Below, one piece after another: positions 42,200 to 53,302 of a DNA stretch of 64,000 bases. The stretch lies in the NCBI GenBank assembly GCA_035702665.1, contig DASSQD010000069.1, positions 14,201-78,200 on the forward strand, written 5' to 3'. The stretch is from Burkholderiales bacterium. GTDB lineage: Bacteria > Pseudomonadota > Gammaproteobacteria > Burkholderiales > SG8-39. The notes under the pieces were generated by a model that saw only the letters and a list, made by a program, of their open reading frames with translations, was not told the origin of the DNA and searched no databases. The first letter of the stretch is position 1. The number at the start of each line of letters is the position of its first letter. Made by a program: the position numbers and the translations under genes.

Positions 42200-43179
42200 C
42201 GGCGGACCTGGCGTTGCGGATGTGGCATCCGGTCAAGGTATTGCCGTTCCTGCTGCCGATGTCGGCGGCGATCGCCCAGACCGACATCTCGGGCCTGCAG
42301 TGGCTCCAGCGCATTTACGCCGCATCCGAGAAGCTCAGCTACACCGGCACCTTCGTCTACCAGCAAGGCCAGCGTAGCGAGACCTCGAGCATCGTCCACG
42401 TCGCCGACTCCGCCGGCCCGCGCGAGCGGCTCGAGACGCTCAACGGGGTTCCACGCGAAATCGTGCGCACCGGCGATGAGGTCGTCTGCTATCTCCCGGC
42501 GAGCAACACGCTGAAAATCGACAAGCAACCGGGCCGCCGGCCGTTCCCGGCGATCCTGTCCGAGCAGCTGAAGGATGTCTCGGACAACTACACGATCAAG
42601 AAAGGCAATGTCGAGCGAGTCGTGGGATACGAGTGCCAAGTGCTCGCCCTGGAGCCGAACGACCGCATGCGATACGGGCACCGCCTCTGGGCGGACCTCA
42701 AGACCGGCATGCTGCTCCAGGCGAAGACCTACAACGAGAAGCACGAGATGCTGGAGCAGTTCTTCTTCACCCAGATCAAGATCGGCGCCGTCGACCGCGA
42801 CCAGCTCAGGCCGCGCTACTCCCGCAAGAGCCGGGAGTGGCACATCGAGGACTCGGGCGCGACGAGCGCGAATCTTGCCGAGTCGGGATGGACGCTGCGC
42901 TCGAGGCCGCCGGGGTTCCGCACCGTGGCGGAACTGATCCGCACGGTCGGGGCCACGGGGGGCGTCGGGCACATCGTTCTCTCCGACGGGCTCGCGGCGA
43001 TCTCCGTGTTCATCGAGCCGGCGTCCGGCAAGCGGCCCGCGCCGCAGGCCGGGCTCGTGCGTGAGGGAGCGATCAACGTCTATACGCGTCCGCTGGGCAA
43101 CTACTGGGTCACGGTAGTCGGCGAGGCGCCGGCGGAGAGCGTAAAATACGTCGCTAACGCGGTGGAGTACCACAAGTAG
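42196..43179 (+). CDS. rseB: sigma-E regulatory protein RseB/MucB
   Basis: Signal peptide, then WLQRIYAASEKLSYTGTFVYQQG. ATG overlaps the rseA TGA. Confidence 0.88.
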   Translation: MTADLALRMWHPVKVLPFLLPMSAAIAQTDISGLQWLQRIYAASEKLSYTGTFVYQQGQRSETSSIVHVADSAGPRERLETLNGVPREIVRTGDEVVCYLPASNTLKIDKQPGRRPFPAILSEQLKDVSDNYTIKKGNVERVVGYECQVLALEPNDRMRYGHRLWADLKTGMLLQAKTYNEKHEMLEQFFFTQIKIGAVDRDQLRPRYSRKSREWHIEDSGATSANLAESGWTLRSRPPGFRTVAELIRTVGATGGVGHIVLSDGLAAISVFIEPASGKRPAPQAGLVREGAINVYTRPLGNYWVTVVGEAPAESVKYVANAVEYHK

Positions 43180-43225
43180 AGCCAGGTCCGGCGCTTCCGC
43201 CCGCGGAACAACCGAGGATTTCGCG

Positions 43226-44650
43226 ATGGCGAGAGTACTGCTGGTTTGGCTCCTCCTGTGGGTGCCTTGTGCACTGCACGCACAGGGTCGAGAGCTTCCC
43301 GATTTCACGGAGCTCGCGGAGAAGCAGGGTCCCACCGTCGTCAACATCAGCACCACCCAGACGCGCGAGCGCCGCGCCTCGCCCCAGGTTCCGAACCTGG
43401 ACGAGGACGACCCGCTGTACGACTTCTTCCGCCGCTTCGTCCCGCGGCCGCCCGGCCCGGGCGGGCAGGGACCGCGCGACTTCGAGACCCGCTCGCTCGG
43501 CTCGGGCTTCATCATCAGCGCCGACGGCTACGTTCTCACCAACGCGCACGTCGTCGACGCCGCCGACGAGATCACCGTGTCGCTGACGGACAAGCGCGAG
43601 TTCAAGGCGCGCGTCATCGGCGCCGACAAGCGCACCGATCTCGCGCTGTTGAAGATCGACGCGACGGGCTTGCCTGCCGTGCGCATGGGCGACCCGACCC
43701 GCCTCAAGGTCGGCGAATGGGTCGTGGCGATCGGCTCGCCCTTCGGCTTCGCGAGCACCGTGACCGCGGGCATCGTGAGCGCCAAGGGACGCAGCCTTCC
43801 CCAGGAGAATTTCGTACCGTTCATCCAGACCGACGTCGCCATCAACCCGGGCAATTCCGGAGGCCCGCTGTTCAACATGCGCGGCGAGGTCGTCGGGATC
43901 AACTCCCAGATCTACAGCCGCACCGGCGGCTTCATGGGCCTGTCGTTCGCCATCCCCATCGACGTCGCGATGGAGGTGCAGGGACAGTTGCGGCAGTTCG
44001 GCCGCGTGAGCCGCGGGAGGATCGGGGTGGTGATCCAGGAAGTCTCGAAAGAGCTGGCGGAGTCGTTCGGGCTGTCCAAGCCCGCCGGCGCTCTGGTCAA
44101 CGCGGTGGAGAAGGGCGGACCCGCGGAGAAGGCCGGCGTCGAGGCGGGCGACATCATCATGAAGTTCGACAGCAAGCCGGTGGCCAGCTCGAACGAGCTG
44201 CCGCGCATCGTCGGCGGCACGAAGCCGGGAAGCAAGGCGAGCATCGAGCTGTGGCGCAAGGGCGCAACGCGTGAGGTCACGGTCACCGTCGGCGAGCTGC
44301 CCGAGGAAAAGGTCGCGACCCGCAGCGAGCGCAAGGGCAAGCCGCCCGAGATCGCCGCCAACCGCCTCGGATTCGTGGTGACCGACCTCAGCGCCGAGCA
44401 GAAGCGCGACCTCAAGGTCGGGGGCGGGGTGGTCGTGGAGGAGGTCCGCAACAACCGGCGCGCCGACGTGCGCACGGGCGACGTGATCACCGCGGTCACC
44501 AGCCGGGGGCAGACCACGGATGTGAAATCGACCGAGCAGTTCAACAAGGTGCTCGCCCAGCTGGATCCGGGCATGACGCTCACGCTTCACGTGCGACGGG
44601 GAGAGAGCAACCTGTTCGTCACGGTGAAGGGCGAAGTGGCGCCCGGGTAG
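43226..44650 (+). CDS. degP: periplasmic serine endoprotease DegP/MucD (two PDZ domains)
   Basis: Catalytic TNAHVV, DLALLKI and GNSGGPLFN, followed by two PDZ-like segments. Confidence 0.93.
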   Translation: MARVLLVWLLLWVPCALHAQGRELPDFTELAEKQGPTVVNISTTQTRERRASPQVPNLDEDDPLYDFFRRFVPRPPGPGGQGPRDFETRSLGSGFIISADGYVLTNAHVVDAADEITVSLTDKREFKARVIGADKRTDLALLKIDATGLPAVRMGDPTRLKVGEWVVAIGSPFGFASTVTAGIVSAKGRSLPQENFVPFIQTDVAINPGNSGGPLFNMRGEVVGINSQIYSRTGGFMGLSFAIPIDVAMEVQGQLRQFGRVSRGRIGVVIQEVSKELAESFGLSKPAGALVNAVEKGGPAEKAGVEAGDIIMKFDSKPVASSNELPRIVGGTKPGSKASIELWRKGATREVTVTVGELPEEKVATRSERKGKPPEIAANRLGFVVTDLSAEQKRDLKVGGGVVVEEVRNNRRADVRTGDVITAVTSRGQTTDVKSTEQFNKVLAQLDPGMTLTLHVRRGESNLFVTVKGEVAPG

Positions 44651-44701
44651 CCCATATCTCGCTTCGATACGCTAGAATTCAAGGTCTTGCAGCAGGCAGC
44701 G

Positions 44702-44727
44702 AAGGTGCCGAGCGGCACCTTTTTTTG
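44702..44727 (+). terminator. rho-independent terminator after degP
   Basis: AAGGTGCC-GAGC-GGCACCTT hairpin followed by a T-run (ttttttt). Confidence 0.8.
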
Positions 44728-44736
44728 TAGGCCGGG

Positions 44737-46530
44737 ATGCAGCACATCCGCAATTTTTCGATCATCGCGCACATCGACCACGGCAAGTCGACGCTCGCCG
44801 ACCGCTTCATCCAGCGCTGCGGCGGGCTGAGCGACCGCGAGATGTCCGAACAGGTCCTCGACACGATGGATCTGGAGCGCGAGCGCGGCATCACCATCAA
44901 GGCGCAGACCGCCGCCCTGCGATACGCCGCGAGCGACGGCCGCACCTACAACCTCAACCTCATCGACACGCCCGGTCACGTCGATTTCTCCTACGAGGTG
45001 TCGCGGTCGCTGGCCGCGTGCGAGGGCGCGCTGCTGGTGGTCGACGCGAGCCAGGGCGTGGAGGCGCAGACGGTGGCGAACTGCTACACCGCGATCGAGC
45101 AGGGCGTCGAGGTCGTCCCCGTGCTCAACAAGATCGATCTTCCCTCGGCCAACCCGGAGCGCGCCATCCAGGAGATCGAGGACGTCATCGGCATCGCGGC
45201 CAAGGACGCGGTCCGGGCGAGCGCCAAGACCGGCGAAGGGGTCGACGACATCCTCGAGGCCGTCATCCGCCGTATACCGGCGCCGAAGGGCGATCCGGAA
45301 GCGCCGCTCAAGGCGCTGATCATCGATTCGTGGTTCGACAACTACGTCGGCGTGATCATGCTCGTGCGCTTGGTCGACGGCGTTATCCGCCCGAAGGACA
45401 AGCTGCTGCTCATGTCGACGCAGGCGATCCACCTGTGCGAGCAGGTCGGCGTGTTCACACCCAAGTCGCAAAGCCGCGACCTGCTGTCGGCCGGCGAGGT
45501 GGGATTCGTCACGGCCGGGGTGAGGGAACTCCAGCACGCGCGCGTCGGCGACACCATCACCACGGCGAACCGGCCCGCGGCGGCGCCGCTGCCGGGATTC
45601 AAGGAGATCAAGCCGCAGGTGTTCGCCGGGCTCTATCCGGTGGAAGCGAGCGAATACGAATCCCTCCGCGACGCACTGGAGAAGCTCAAGCTGAACGACG
45701 CGTCGCTGCACTACGAGCCGGAAACCTCACAGGCCCTCGGCTTCGGATTCCGCTGCGGCTTTCTGGGCCTGCTGCACATGGACATCGTGCAGGAGCGCCT
45801 CGAGCGCGAATACGACATGGCGCTGGTGACCACCGCGCCCACCGTCGTGTACGAGATTCAGCTGCGCGACGGTACCGTCGCGCGCATCGAGAACCCGGCG
45901 AAGATGCCCGACCCTTCCAGGATCGAGGAGATCCGCGAGCCGATCATCGAAACGATCATTTTCGTGCCGCAGGAGTACGTTGGGGCGATTATCACGCTGT
46001 GCACGCAGAAGCGCGGAGTTCAGAAGAACATGCAATATCACGGACGCCAGGTGATGCTGACCTACGAGATGCCGCTCAACGAAGTGGTGATGGATTTCTT
46101 CGACAAACTCAAGTCCGCAAGCAGGGGCTATGCGTCGCTCGACTACGAGTTCAAGGAGTACCGGGCCGCGGACATGGTGAAGCTCGACATTCTCATCAAC
46201 GGGGACCGCGTCGACGCCTTGTCGCTCATGGTGCACCGGGAGAACGCGACCTACCGCGGCCGCGATCTGGTCTCGCGGATGCGCGAGCTGATTCCCCGGC
46301 AGATGTTCGACGTGGCGGTGCAGGCGGCGATAGGCTCGCACATCATCGCGCGGGAAACCGTCAAGGCGCTGCGCAAGAACGTGCTGGCGAAGTGCTACGG
46401 CGGCGACGTGAGCCGCAAGAGAAAATTGCTGGAAAAGCAGAAGGCAGGGAAGAAACGCATGAAACAGGTCGGTACGGTCGAAATACCCCAAGAGGCGTTT
46501 CTCGCCATACTGCAGGTGGAAAGCAAATGA
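44737..46530 (+). CDS. lepA: elongation factor 4
   Basis: [32 protein letters not shown]. Confidence 0.98.
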   Translation: MQHIRNFSIIAHIDHGKSTLADRFIQRCGGLSDREMSEQVLDTMDLERERGITIKAQTAALRYAASDGRTYNLNLIDTPGHVDFSYEVSRSLAACEGALLVVDASQGVEAQTVANCYTAIEQGVEVVPVLNKIDLPSANPERAIQEIEDVIGIAAKDAVRASAKTGEGVDDILEAVIRRIPAPKGDPEAPLKALIIDSWFDNYVGVIMLVRLVDGVIRPKDKLLLMSTQAIHLCEQVGVFTPKSQSRDLLSAGEVGFVTAGVRELQHARVGDTITTANRPAAAPLPGFKEIKPQVFAGLYPVEASEYESLRDALEKLKLNDASLHYEPETSQALGFGFRCGFLGLLHMDIVQERLEREYDMALVTTAPTVVYEIQLRDGTVARIENPAKMPDPSRIEEIREPIIETIIFVPQEYVGAIITLCTQKRGVQKNMQYHGRQVMLTYEMPLNEVVMDFFDKLKSASRGYASLDYEFKEYRAADMVKLDILINGDRVDALSLMVHRENATYRGRDLVSRMRELIPRQMFDVAVQAAIGSHIIARETVKALRKNVLAKCYGGDVSRKRKLLEKQKAGKKRMKQVGTVEIPQEAFLAILQVESK

Positions 46531-47315
46531 ATTTCGCGCTGATACTATTCGTGCTGCTGGTGGTCACCGGCGCCTTCGCCCTGGCCGACGCGGTGTATTT
46601 CAGGAAGCAGCGTCGCAAGGACGACAAGGAGCCGTGGTGGATCGAATACCCGAAGAGCTTCTTCCCGGTCATTCTCATCGTGTTCCTGCTGCGCTCGTTC
46701 CTGGTCGAGCCCTTCAAGATCCCGACCGGGTCGATGGTGCCCACGCTGCTGGTCGGCGACTTCATCCTGGTCAGCAAGTTCGCGTACGGCATCCGGCTTC
46801 CGCTGATCAACAGGAAGATCGTCGCCATCGGCGAACCCCACCGGGGGGACGTCATGGTATTCCGCTACCCGGTGGACCCTTCGGTCGACTACATCAAGCG
46901 GGTCGTCGGCCTGCCCGGAGACAAGGTCTCGTACGAGAACAAGGTGCTCTCGATCAACGGCGTCGTGCAGCCGCGCAAGCAGGTGTCCGACTACCTCAAC
47001 CGCGAGCGCGTCCACTACTCGGCGCGGTTCGAGGAAGCGCTAAGCGGGGTCCAGCACGCCATCATCCAGGAAAGCGACGCGTCGGCCGCGGTCCCCTTCA
47101 GCCAGCCGTTTCCGTACCGGGAGAATTGCAACTACAATGCCGAGGGCGTAACGTGCACCGTGCCTCCGGGACACTATTTCGTCATGGGCGACAACCGCGA
47201 CAATTCGGCCGACAGCCGGGTGTGGGGGTTCGTTCCGGACGAGAACATCGTGGGAAAGGCGTTCTTCATATGGTTCAATTTCAGCGACCTGGGCCGCGTC
47301 GGGAGATTTCAGTGA
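46527..47315 (+). CDS. lepB: signal peptidase I
   Basis: [14 protein letters not shown] (Ser), [11 protein letters not shown] (Lys), [14 protein letters not shown] overlaps the lepA TGA. Confidence 0.95.
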   Translation: MNFALILFVLLVVTGAFALADAVYFRKQRRKDDKEPWWIEYPKSFFPVILIVFLLRSFLVEPFKIPTGSMVPTLLVGDFILVSKFAYGIRLPLINRKIVAIGEPHRGDVMVFRYPVDPSVDYIKRVVGLPGDKVSYENKVLSINGVVQPRKQVSDYLNRERVHYSARFEEALSGVQHAIIQESDASAAVPFSQPFPYRENCNYNAEGVTCTVPPGHYFVMGDNRDNSADSRVWGFVPDENIVGKAFFIWFNFSDLGRVGRFQ

Positions 47316-47326
47316 GAGGGCTTTCC

Positions 47327-47677
47327 ATGAAGAATCAGCGGGGTCTTACCCTGATCGGCATGATCGTCGCCTGCATCGTGATCGTCGTCGTCGCCGTCGG
47401 CGGCCTCAAGATCGCGCCCGCCTACATCGAGTACTTCACGATCAAGAAGGCGATCGTCGCGATCGCGCAGAACAACCGGGGCGGCACGGTTCAGGACGTG
47501 CGCCGCGCGTTCGAGCTGCGCCAGGCCATCGACAACATCGAGGCGATCAGCCCGAAGGACCTGGACGTCACCAAGGAAGGCAACGAGGTCGTCATCTCGT
47601 TCGCCTATCCGAAGCGCATCCCCCTGTTCGCAAACGTCAACGTCGTGATCGACTTTGCCGCGAGCAGCAACCAATGA
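47327..47677 (+). CDS. DUF4845-domain membrane protein
   Basis: [24 protein letters not shown] is a pilin-like N-terminal TM segment. Conserved lepB-rnc interposed position. Confidence 0.6.
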   Translation: MKNQRGLTLIGMIVACIVIVVVAVGGLKIAPAYIEYFTIKKAIVAIAQNNRGGTVQDVRRAFELRQAIDNIEAISPKDLDVTKEGNEVVISFAYPKRIPLFANVNVVIDFAASSNQ

Positions 47678-47726
47678 CCTCGCGGCCCGCCTCGCGCCTA
47701 CGCTGAACGACCTCGCAACGGAGTCC

Positions 47727-48395
47727 GTGAGCCAGGAGCGCCTCCAGCAGCGCGTCGGATACCGATTTTCCCGGCCCGAGCTGCTGGCCCAGGCTCTCAC
47801 CCACCGCAGCCACGGCGCGCCCCACAACGAGCGCCTGGAGTTCCTCGGCGACAGCGTTCTCAACTGCCTCGTGGCGGCGGAACTGTTCGAGCGCTTCCGC
47901 GACCAGTCCGAAGGGGATCTGTCGCGCCTCCGCGCCCGCCTGGTGCGCCAGGAGGCCCTGCACCAGCTGGCGCAGGATCTCGCGCTGGGAGAGCAGCTGC
48001 GCCTCGGGGAGGGCGAGCTGAAAAGCGGGGGATCCGCGCGTCCCTCGATCCTCGCCGATGCGTTCGAAGCGCTGGTCGGCGCGATTTTCCTCGACGGCGG
48101 CTTCGCCGCGGCCCGCGAGGCGGTGCGGCGGCTGTACGAGCCGCTGCTGGCGGGGCTCGATCCGCACGACCCCGGCAAGGACCCGAAGACGCTGCTCCAG
48201 GAGCTGCTCCAGGCGAGGCGCATCGCCCTCCCGCAGTACACCGTGCTCACGACCCGCGGCGCGGCGCACAACCAGAATTTCGAGGTGGAGTGCGCGATTC
48301 CCCAGTTGTCGGTGCGTACGACGGGCAGCGGCAGCAGCCGCCGGACCGCCGAACAGGAAGCGGCCATGCGCGCGTTCGAGCAGATCCGCGGCTGA
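47727..48395 (+). CDS. rnc: ribonuclease III
   Basis: [32 protein letters not shown] and a dsRBD. GTG 47727 after GGAG avoids overlap with the upstream gene; the start could be as early as TTG 47655. Confidence 0.92.
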   Translation: MSQERLQQRVGYRFSRPELLAQALTHRSHGAPHNERLEFLGDSVLNCLVAAELFERFRDQSEGDLSRLRARLVRQEALHQLAQDLALGEQLRLGEGELKSGGSARPSILADAFEALVGAIFLDGGFAAAREAVRRLYEPLLAGLDPHDPGKDPKTLLQELLQARRIALPQYTVLTTRGAAHNQNFEVECAIPQLSVRTTGSGSSRRTAEQEAAMRAFEQIRG

Positions 48396-48407
48396 AGGTC
48401 GCGCGCG

Positions 48408-49295
48408 ATGGAGCAGGTGCCGTTTCGCTGCGGTGCGATCGCCCTGATCGGGCGGCCCAACGTGGGCAAGTCCACCCTCCAGAACGCCTTGCTCGGCCAG
48501 AAACTCAGCATCACGTCGCGCAAACCGCAGACCACCCGGCTCTCGCTGCGCGGCATCCTCACCACCGAGACCGCGCAGTTCATCCTGGTCGACACGCCCG
48601 GATTCCAGACCCGGCACCGGGGCGGGCTCAACCGGGCCATGAATCGCTCGGTGCGTTCGGTGCTGGAGAGCGTCGACGTGGTGGCGCTGGTGGTGGAGGC
48701 CGGGCGCTTCGCCGCGGAAGACCGCGCGGTGCTGAAGCTCGCGCCGCCCGCGCATGCGCTCTTCCTGGTGGTCAACAAGATCGACGCGGTGGAGCCGTCG
48801 CAGCTGCCGCCTTTCCTGCAGCGGGCCGCGGCCGCAGCGGAGTTCGACGAGGTCGTCCCGGTGAGCGCGCGGCGCCGCAGAGGACTGGCCGAGCTGCTGC
48901 GCACGCTGGAGCGCTACCTGCCCGAGCAGCCGGCGATCTACGCGGCGGACGAGATCACCGACCGGAACGAGCGCTTTCTCGCGGCGGAATTGGTGCGCGA
49001 GAAGCTGTTCCGCCATCTCGGCGAGGAGCTTCCCTACCGCGCCCACGTCGAGATCGAGCGCTTCGAGGAGCAGCGCGGCGTGCGGCGCATCCATGCTTCC
49101 GTCGTCGTGGAGAAGGAGGGGCACAAGGCGATCGTCATCGGGGCGGGCGGGAGCAAGCTGAAGACCATCGCCTCCGAGGCGCGTCAGGACATGGAGAAGC
49201 TGTTCGGCGGCAAGGTCTACCTGGAGGTCTGGGTGCGGGTGCGCGGCGGCTGGACCGACGACGAAGCCGCGCTGAGGCGCATGGGCTATGACTGA
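48408..49295 (+). CDS. era: GTPase Era
   Basis: GAIALIGRPNVGKSTL..DTPG..NKID and a C-terminal KH domain. Confidence 0.96.
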   Translation: MEQVPFRCGAIALIGRPNVGKSTLQNALLGQKLSITSRKPQTTRLSLRGILTTETAQFILVDTPGFQTRHRGGLNRAMNRSVRSVLESVDVVALVVEAGRFAAEDRAVLKLAPPAHALFLVVNKIDAVEPSQLPPFLQRAAAAAEFDEVVPVSARRRRGLAELLRTLERYLPEQPAIYAADEITDRNERFLAAELVREKLFRHLGEELPYRAHVEIERFEEQRGVRRIHASVVVEKEGHKAIVIGAGGSKLKTIASEARQDMEKLFGGKVYLEVWVRVRGGWTDDEAALRRMGYD

Positions 49296-50007
49296 GCGCT
49301 CGAGACAGGAGAGCCGCGAGGCCTTCATCCTGCACAGCTATCCCTACCGGGAGACGAGCCTGCTGCTCGACGTTTTCGCTAAAGGCTTCGGGCGCGTGTC
49401 GATGGTGGCCCGCGCGGCGCGCAGCCCGCGCTCGGCGCTGCGCGGAGTGCTCCTCGGCTTCCAGCCGCTCGCGCTGTCGTGGTTCGGCAGGGGAGAGGTC
49501 CGGACCCTGGCGCGCGCCGAATGGATCGGCGGAGCTCCGAGGCTGCGGGGCGAGGCGTTGATGTGCGGCTTCTACGTGAACGAGCTGCTGCTGCGCCTGC
49601 TGCCGCGCGAAGATCCCCACGACGCGCTGTTCACTCGCTATCGGGACGCGCTCCTGCAGCTCGCCTCTCCCGGAGACTCCGCCTCCGCGCTGCGCTCGTT
49701 CGAGCGGGCGCTGCTGAGGGAGCTGGGCTATGCGATGTCGCTCGAGCGCGACAGCGCGAGCGGCGGTGCGATCGATCCGGCCAAGAACTACCGCTACGAT
49801 CCCGAGCGCGGGCCGGTCGAGGCCAACGGCGCCGCCTCCGACGCCGTGGTGTCGGGCCGGACGCTGCTCGACATGGCGCGCGACGACTACGCGGATCCGC
49901 AGACGCAGCAGCAGGCCAAGCTCCTGATGCGCGCGCTCCTCAGCCATCGCCTGGACTATCAGCCGCTGAAGAGCCGCCGCATATTCCGGGATCTCCTGGG
50001 GCTCTGA
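49288..50007 (+). CDS. recO: DNA repair protein RecO
   Basis: AFILHSYPYRETSLLLDVF..FERALLRELGY. Confidence 0.9.
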   Translation: MTERSRQESREAFILHSYPYRETSLLLDVFAKGFGRVSMVARAARSPRSALRGVLLGFQPLALSWFGRGEVRTLARAEWIGGAPRLRGEALMCGFYVNELLLRLLPREDPHDALFTRYRDALLQLASPGDSASALRSFERALLRELGYAMSLERDSASGGAIDPAKNYRYDPERGPVEANGAASDAVVSGRTLLDMARDDYADPQTQQQAKLLMRALLSHRLDYQPLKSRRIFRDLLGL

Positions 50008-50012
50008 CGCCC

Positions 50013-50753
50013 ATGGCGACGCTCCTCAGCGCGAACATCAACAAGGTCGCCCTGCTGCGCAACACGCGCACGATCGGCATTCCCGACGTCGTCCGCGCGG
50101 CGCGCATCGCCCTGGACGCCGGCGCGCACGGCATCACGGTCCATCCGCGCCCCGACGGGCGCCATGTGCGCGCGCACGACGTGCGGAATCTCGCGAGCGT
50201 GGTGCGGGAGCACCCGGGCGCGGAGTTCAACATCGAGGGCAATCCTTTCCACGGCCTGCTCGAGTTCGTGCGCGAGGTGCGGCCGGCGCAGTGCACGCTC
50301 GTTCCCGACGAGACCGGCGCGTTCACGTCCGACCACGGCTGGGACCTGGCCAGGGATGCGCGCAAGCTCGAACCGGTGCTGGCCGAGCTCAAGGGCCTCA
50401 AGGTGCGCGTGAGCCTCTTTATGGATCCGGTCCCGGACGCGATGGCCGCTGCCGCAGGGCTGGGCGCCGACCGCGTGGAGCTGTACACGGAACCGTACGC
50501 GCGGGCGTTCGCCGGCGCGGATCGCGGCGCGGTGCTCGCGCGCTATGCCGGGGCGGCGCGCGCGGCCCAGGCGCAGGGCTTGGGCGTCAACGCGGGCCAC
50601 GATCTGAACCTCGACAACCTGGCGCCTTTCCTCCGGGTGGTTCCCGGGGTGCTGGAAGTCTCGATCGGGCACGCTCTCATCGCGGACGCGCTGGAGCTCG
50701 GTCTCGCGGAGGCCGTGAGCCGCTATCTCGACGCCATCCGGCAGGGCGCATGA
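50013..50753 (+). CDS. pdxJ: pyridoxine 5'-phosphate synthase
   Basis: LSANINKVALLRNTR..HGITVHPRPDGRH..EVSIGHALI. Confidence 0.94.
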   Translation: MATLLSANINKVALLRNTRTIGIPDVVRAARIALDAGAHGITVHPRPDGRHVRAHDVRNLASVVREHPGAEFNIEGNPFHGLLEFVREVRPAQCTLVPDETGAFTSDHGWDLARDARKLEPVLAELKGLKVRVSLFMDPVPDAMAAAAGLGADRVELYTEPYARAFAGADRGAVLARYAGAARAAQAQGLGVNAGHDLNLDNLAPFLRVVPGVLEVSIGHALIADALELGLAEAVSRYLDAIRQGA

Positions 50754-51154
50754 TTCTCGGCATCGGCACCGATCTGTGCGAGGTGAGCCGCGTCGAGCGC
50801 GCGCTCGAGCGCTTCGGCGAGCGCTTCGCCGCGAGGATCCTGGTGGCGTCCGAGCTCGAGGTGTTCCGCAGGCGCAAGATGCGCGCGGGCTATCTCGCCA
50901 AGCGCTTCGCGGCGAAGGAGGCGTTCTCCAAAGCGCTGGGGGTAGGCATCCGCTACCCGGTCAACTGGCACAACGTGTGGGTCGTCAACGAGCGCTCCGG
51001 AAAGCCCGTGTTCCGGTTCTCCGAGGCGCTGGGCGCGCTTCTCGAGCGCCGCGGCGTCGAAAGCGTCCACCTTTCTCTGACCGACGAGATCGGGATGGCG
51101 TGCGCCTTCGTGGTCATCGAGGGCGCGCGCCGCAAGGGACGATCGAAGGAATGA
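50750..51154 (+). CDS. acpS: holo-ACP synthase
   Basis: MILGIGTDLCEVSRV..FAAKEAFSKALG. ATG overlaps the pdxJ TGA. Confidence 0.92.
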   Translation: MILGIGTDLCEVSRVERALERFGERFAARILVASELEVFRRRKMRAGYLAKRFAAKEAFSKALGVGIRYPVNWHNVWVVNERSGKPVFRFSEALGALLERRGVESVHLSLTDEIGMACAFVVIEGARRKGRSKE

Positions 51155-52149
51155 AAGCCGGCGCGGTGATGCTCGACGTCGCCGGCCTCGAGCTCGGCGC
51201 CGAGGACCGGGAGCGCCTGCGCCACCCGTCGACGGGCGGCGTGATCCTTTTCGCGCGCAACTTCGAGTCGCCCCGGCAGCTGCTCGCGCTTACGAAGGCG
51301 ATCAGGGGGGAGCGGCCGGAGCTGCTGATCGCCGTCGACCACGAGGGCGGGAGGGTGCAGCGCTTCAAGGAAGGCTTTACGCGCATTCCGCCGATGCGCC
51401 TGCTCGGCGAGCGCTGGGAGGTGGACGCGGGCGCGGCGAGGGCGCTGGCGGAATCGGTCGGCTACGTGATCGCGGTCGAGCTGCGCGGTCACGGCGTCGA
51501 TTTCAGCTTCGCGCCGGTCCTCGACGTCGATTTCGGGTCGAGCGGCGTGATCGGGGACCGCGCGTTCTCCGACGAGCCCACGGTGATCGCCGCGCTCGCC
51601 GCCGCGTTCGCGGCGGGCCTCGCCGCCGGGGGCGCCGCTTCGGTCGGCAAGCATTTTCCCGGCCACGGCTACGCCGAAGCCGATTCGCACATCGCAGTCC
51701 CCGTCGACGAGCGCGGCTTCGACGACATCGACGCGACCGATCTGCACCCCTACCGCGAGCTGATCGCGCGCGGGCTCGGCGGCGTGATGCCGGCGCACGT
51801 GATCTATCCCCGCGTGGACGACCGCCCGGCCGGCTACTCACGGATCTGGCTGCAGGACATCCTGCGCGGTCACCTCGGGTTCGACGGAATGATCTTCAGC
51901 GACGACCTGTCGATGGAGGGCGCGCGCGTCGCGGGCGGACCGGCGGAACGGGCGCTCGCCGCGATCGAGGCGGGCTGCGACATGGTGCTGCTGTGCAACG
52001 CGCCCGAGGCCGTCCCCGGGGTCCTCGAGGCGCTGAAAGGCCGCTCCCCCGACCCCAGGCGCCTCGCGCTCATGCGCGGGCGCGGCTCGACCGCGCCGGA
52101 AGGACGCTACGCGGAGGCGGTCGCGGCCGTGCGTGGCGCGGTGGCCTGA
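51151..52149 (+). CDS. nagZ: beta-N-acetylhexosaminidase
   Basis: GGVILFARNF..IAVDHEGGRVQRF..KHFPGHG..FSDDLSM. Confidence 0.93.
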   Translation: MKAGAVMLDVAGLELGAEDRERLRHPSTGGVILFARNFESPRQLLALTKAIRGERPELLIAVDHEGGRVQRFKEGFTRIPPMRLLGERWEVDAGAARALAESVGYVIAVELRGHGVDFSFAPVLDVDFGSSGVIGDRAFSDEPTVIAALAAAFAAGLAAGGAASVGKHFPGHGYAEADSHIAVPVDERGFDDIDATDLHPYRELIARGLGGVMPAHVIYPRVDDRPAGYSRIWLQDILRGHLGFDGMIFSDDLSMEGARVAGGPAERALAAIEAGCDMVLLCNAPEAVPGVLEALKGRSPDPRRLALMRGRGSTAPEGRYAEAVAAVRGAVA

Positions 52150-52164
52150 GGCACACTAGAGCCG

Positions 52165-53103
52165 ATGGCACACGAGCATCATCACCACGACCATGACCAT
52201 CACGGCCATGATCACGGCCACCATCACCACGCGCCGCGCGACTTCGGCGTCGCCTTCGCGATAGGCATCGGCCTCAATTTCATTTTCGTCGTGGTCGAAG
52301 CGGTGTACGGCGTGCTCGCGCACTCGATGGCGCTGCTCGCCGACGCGGGGCACAATCTCTCCGACGTGCTCGCGCTCGCGCTCGCGTGGGGCGCGAGCCG
52401 GCTCGCGCGCCGGGAGCCCTCCGCGCGCTTCACCTACGGGCTGCGCAGCACCTCGATCCTGGCGGCGCTGGTCAACGCCGCGCTGCTGTTCCTGGTCACC
52501 GGCGGCATCGCCTGGGAGTCGATGCAGCGTCTCGTCGAGCCGGAGCCGGTCGCGAGCAAGACCGTGATCTGGGTCGCTCTCCTCGGGATCGTCGTGAACG
52601 CGACGAGCGCCGTCCCGTTCGCGAAGAGCGGCGGCGACCTCAATGTCCGTGCCGCCTTCCTGCACCTCGCGGCCGACGCTGCGGTCTCGCTCGGCGTCGT
52701 GGTCGCGGCGCTCGTGACCCTTTCGACCGGCTGGCTGTGGCTCGACCCGGTGATGGGGCTCGCGATCGCGCTGGTCATCATCGTCGGCACCTGGGGGCTG
52801 CTCAAGGACTCGGTGACCTTGGCCCTCAACGCCGTGCCCGCGCACATCGATCCGGACAAGGTGCGGGCTTACCTCGCGACGCTGTCAGGCGTCTCGGAAG
52901 TCCACGACCTGCACATCTGGGCCATGAGCACCACCGAGACCGCGCTCACCGTGCACCTCGTCATGCCCAAGGGACACCCGGGCGACGCCTTCACCGCGGA
53001 AATCTGCAAGGAGCTGCGCGAGCGCCACCACGTGCACCACGCGACCGTGCAGATCGAGACCGGCGCGCAGCCCTGCGAGCTCGCGCCGGATCACGTGGTG
53101 TAG
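52165..53103 (+). CDS. cation diffusion facilitator (CzcD/ZitB-type Zn/Co/Cd efflux)
   Basis: His-rich N-terminus MAHEHHHHDHDHHGHDHGHHHH. TM core HSMALLADAGHNLSDV..FLHLAADA. C-terminal VHDLHIW. Confidence 0.9.
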   Translation: MAHEHHHHDHDHHGHDHGHHHHAPRDFGVAFAIGIGLNFIFVVVEAVYGVLAHSMALLADAGHNLSDVLALALAWGASRLARREPSARFTYGLRSTSILAALVNAALLFLVTGGIAWESMQRLVEPEPVASKTVIWVALLGIVVNATSAVPFAKSGGDLNVRAAFLHLAADAAVSLGVVVAALVTLSTGWLWLDPVMGLAIALVIIVGTWGLLKDSVTLALNAVPAHIDPDKVRAYLATLSGVSEVHDLHIWAMSTTETALTVHLVMPKGHPGDAFTAEICKELRERHHVHHATVQIETGAQPCELAPDHVV

Positions 53104-53202
53104 TAGTTGAATACATACGGAAATTCCGCGCACGAGGCGCCTATCCTGTGATAGTAAGCACGAAACCGAGCTGCAACATGCAAGTTACACGGCAAGAGAC
53201 AG

Positions 53203-53294
53203 AGTCAACGACTTGAATTCTTTGCCAGATCAGATTTCAGTCGGGGGCTAGCGTCTAGATAGAGGACATTTCGGAAGTTCACTATACGTTAGGC
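53203..53294 (+). repeat. attC-like site 1
   Basis: Inverse-core-like AGTCAAC (53203-53209) and core GTTAGGC (53288-53294). Inner arms cTTGAAttc / gaagTTCAc pair with one extra base. Confidence 0.5.
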
Positions 53295-53302
53295 TGCGAC
53301 AA

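Noticed and set aside
53104-53202. Searched for intI or an attI-like site left of the first attC
   Set aside because: Only ~100 bp separate the czcD stop from the first site, and no recombinase ORF exists in any frame here or elsewhere in the window. The array is therefore reported as integrase-less (CALIN-like), not as a complete integron.
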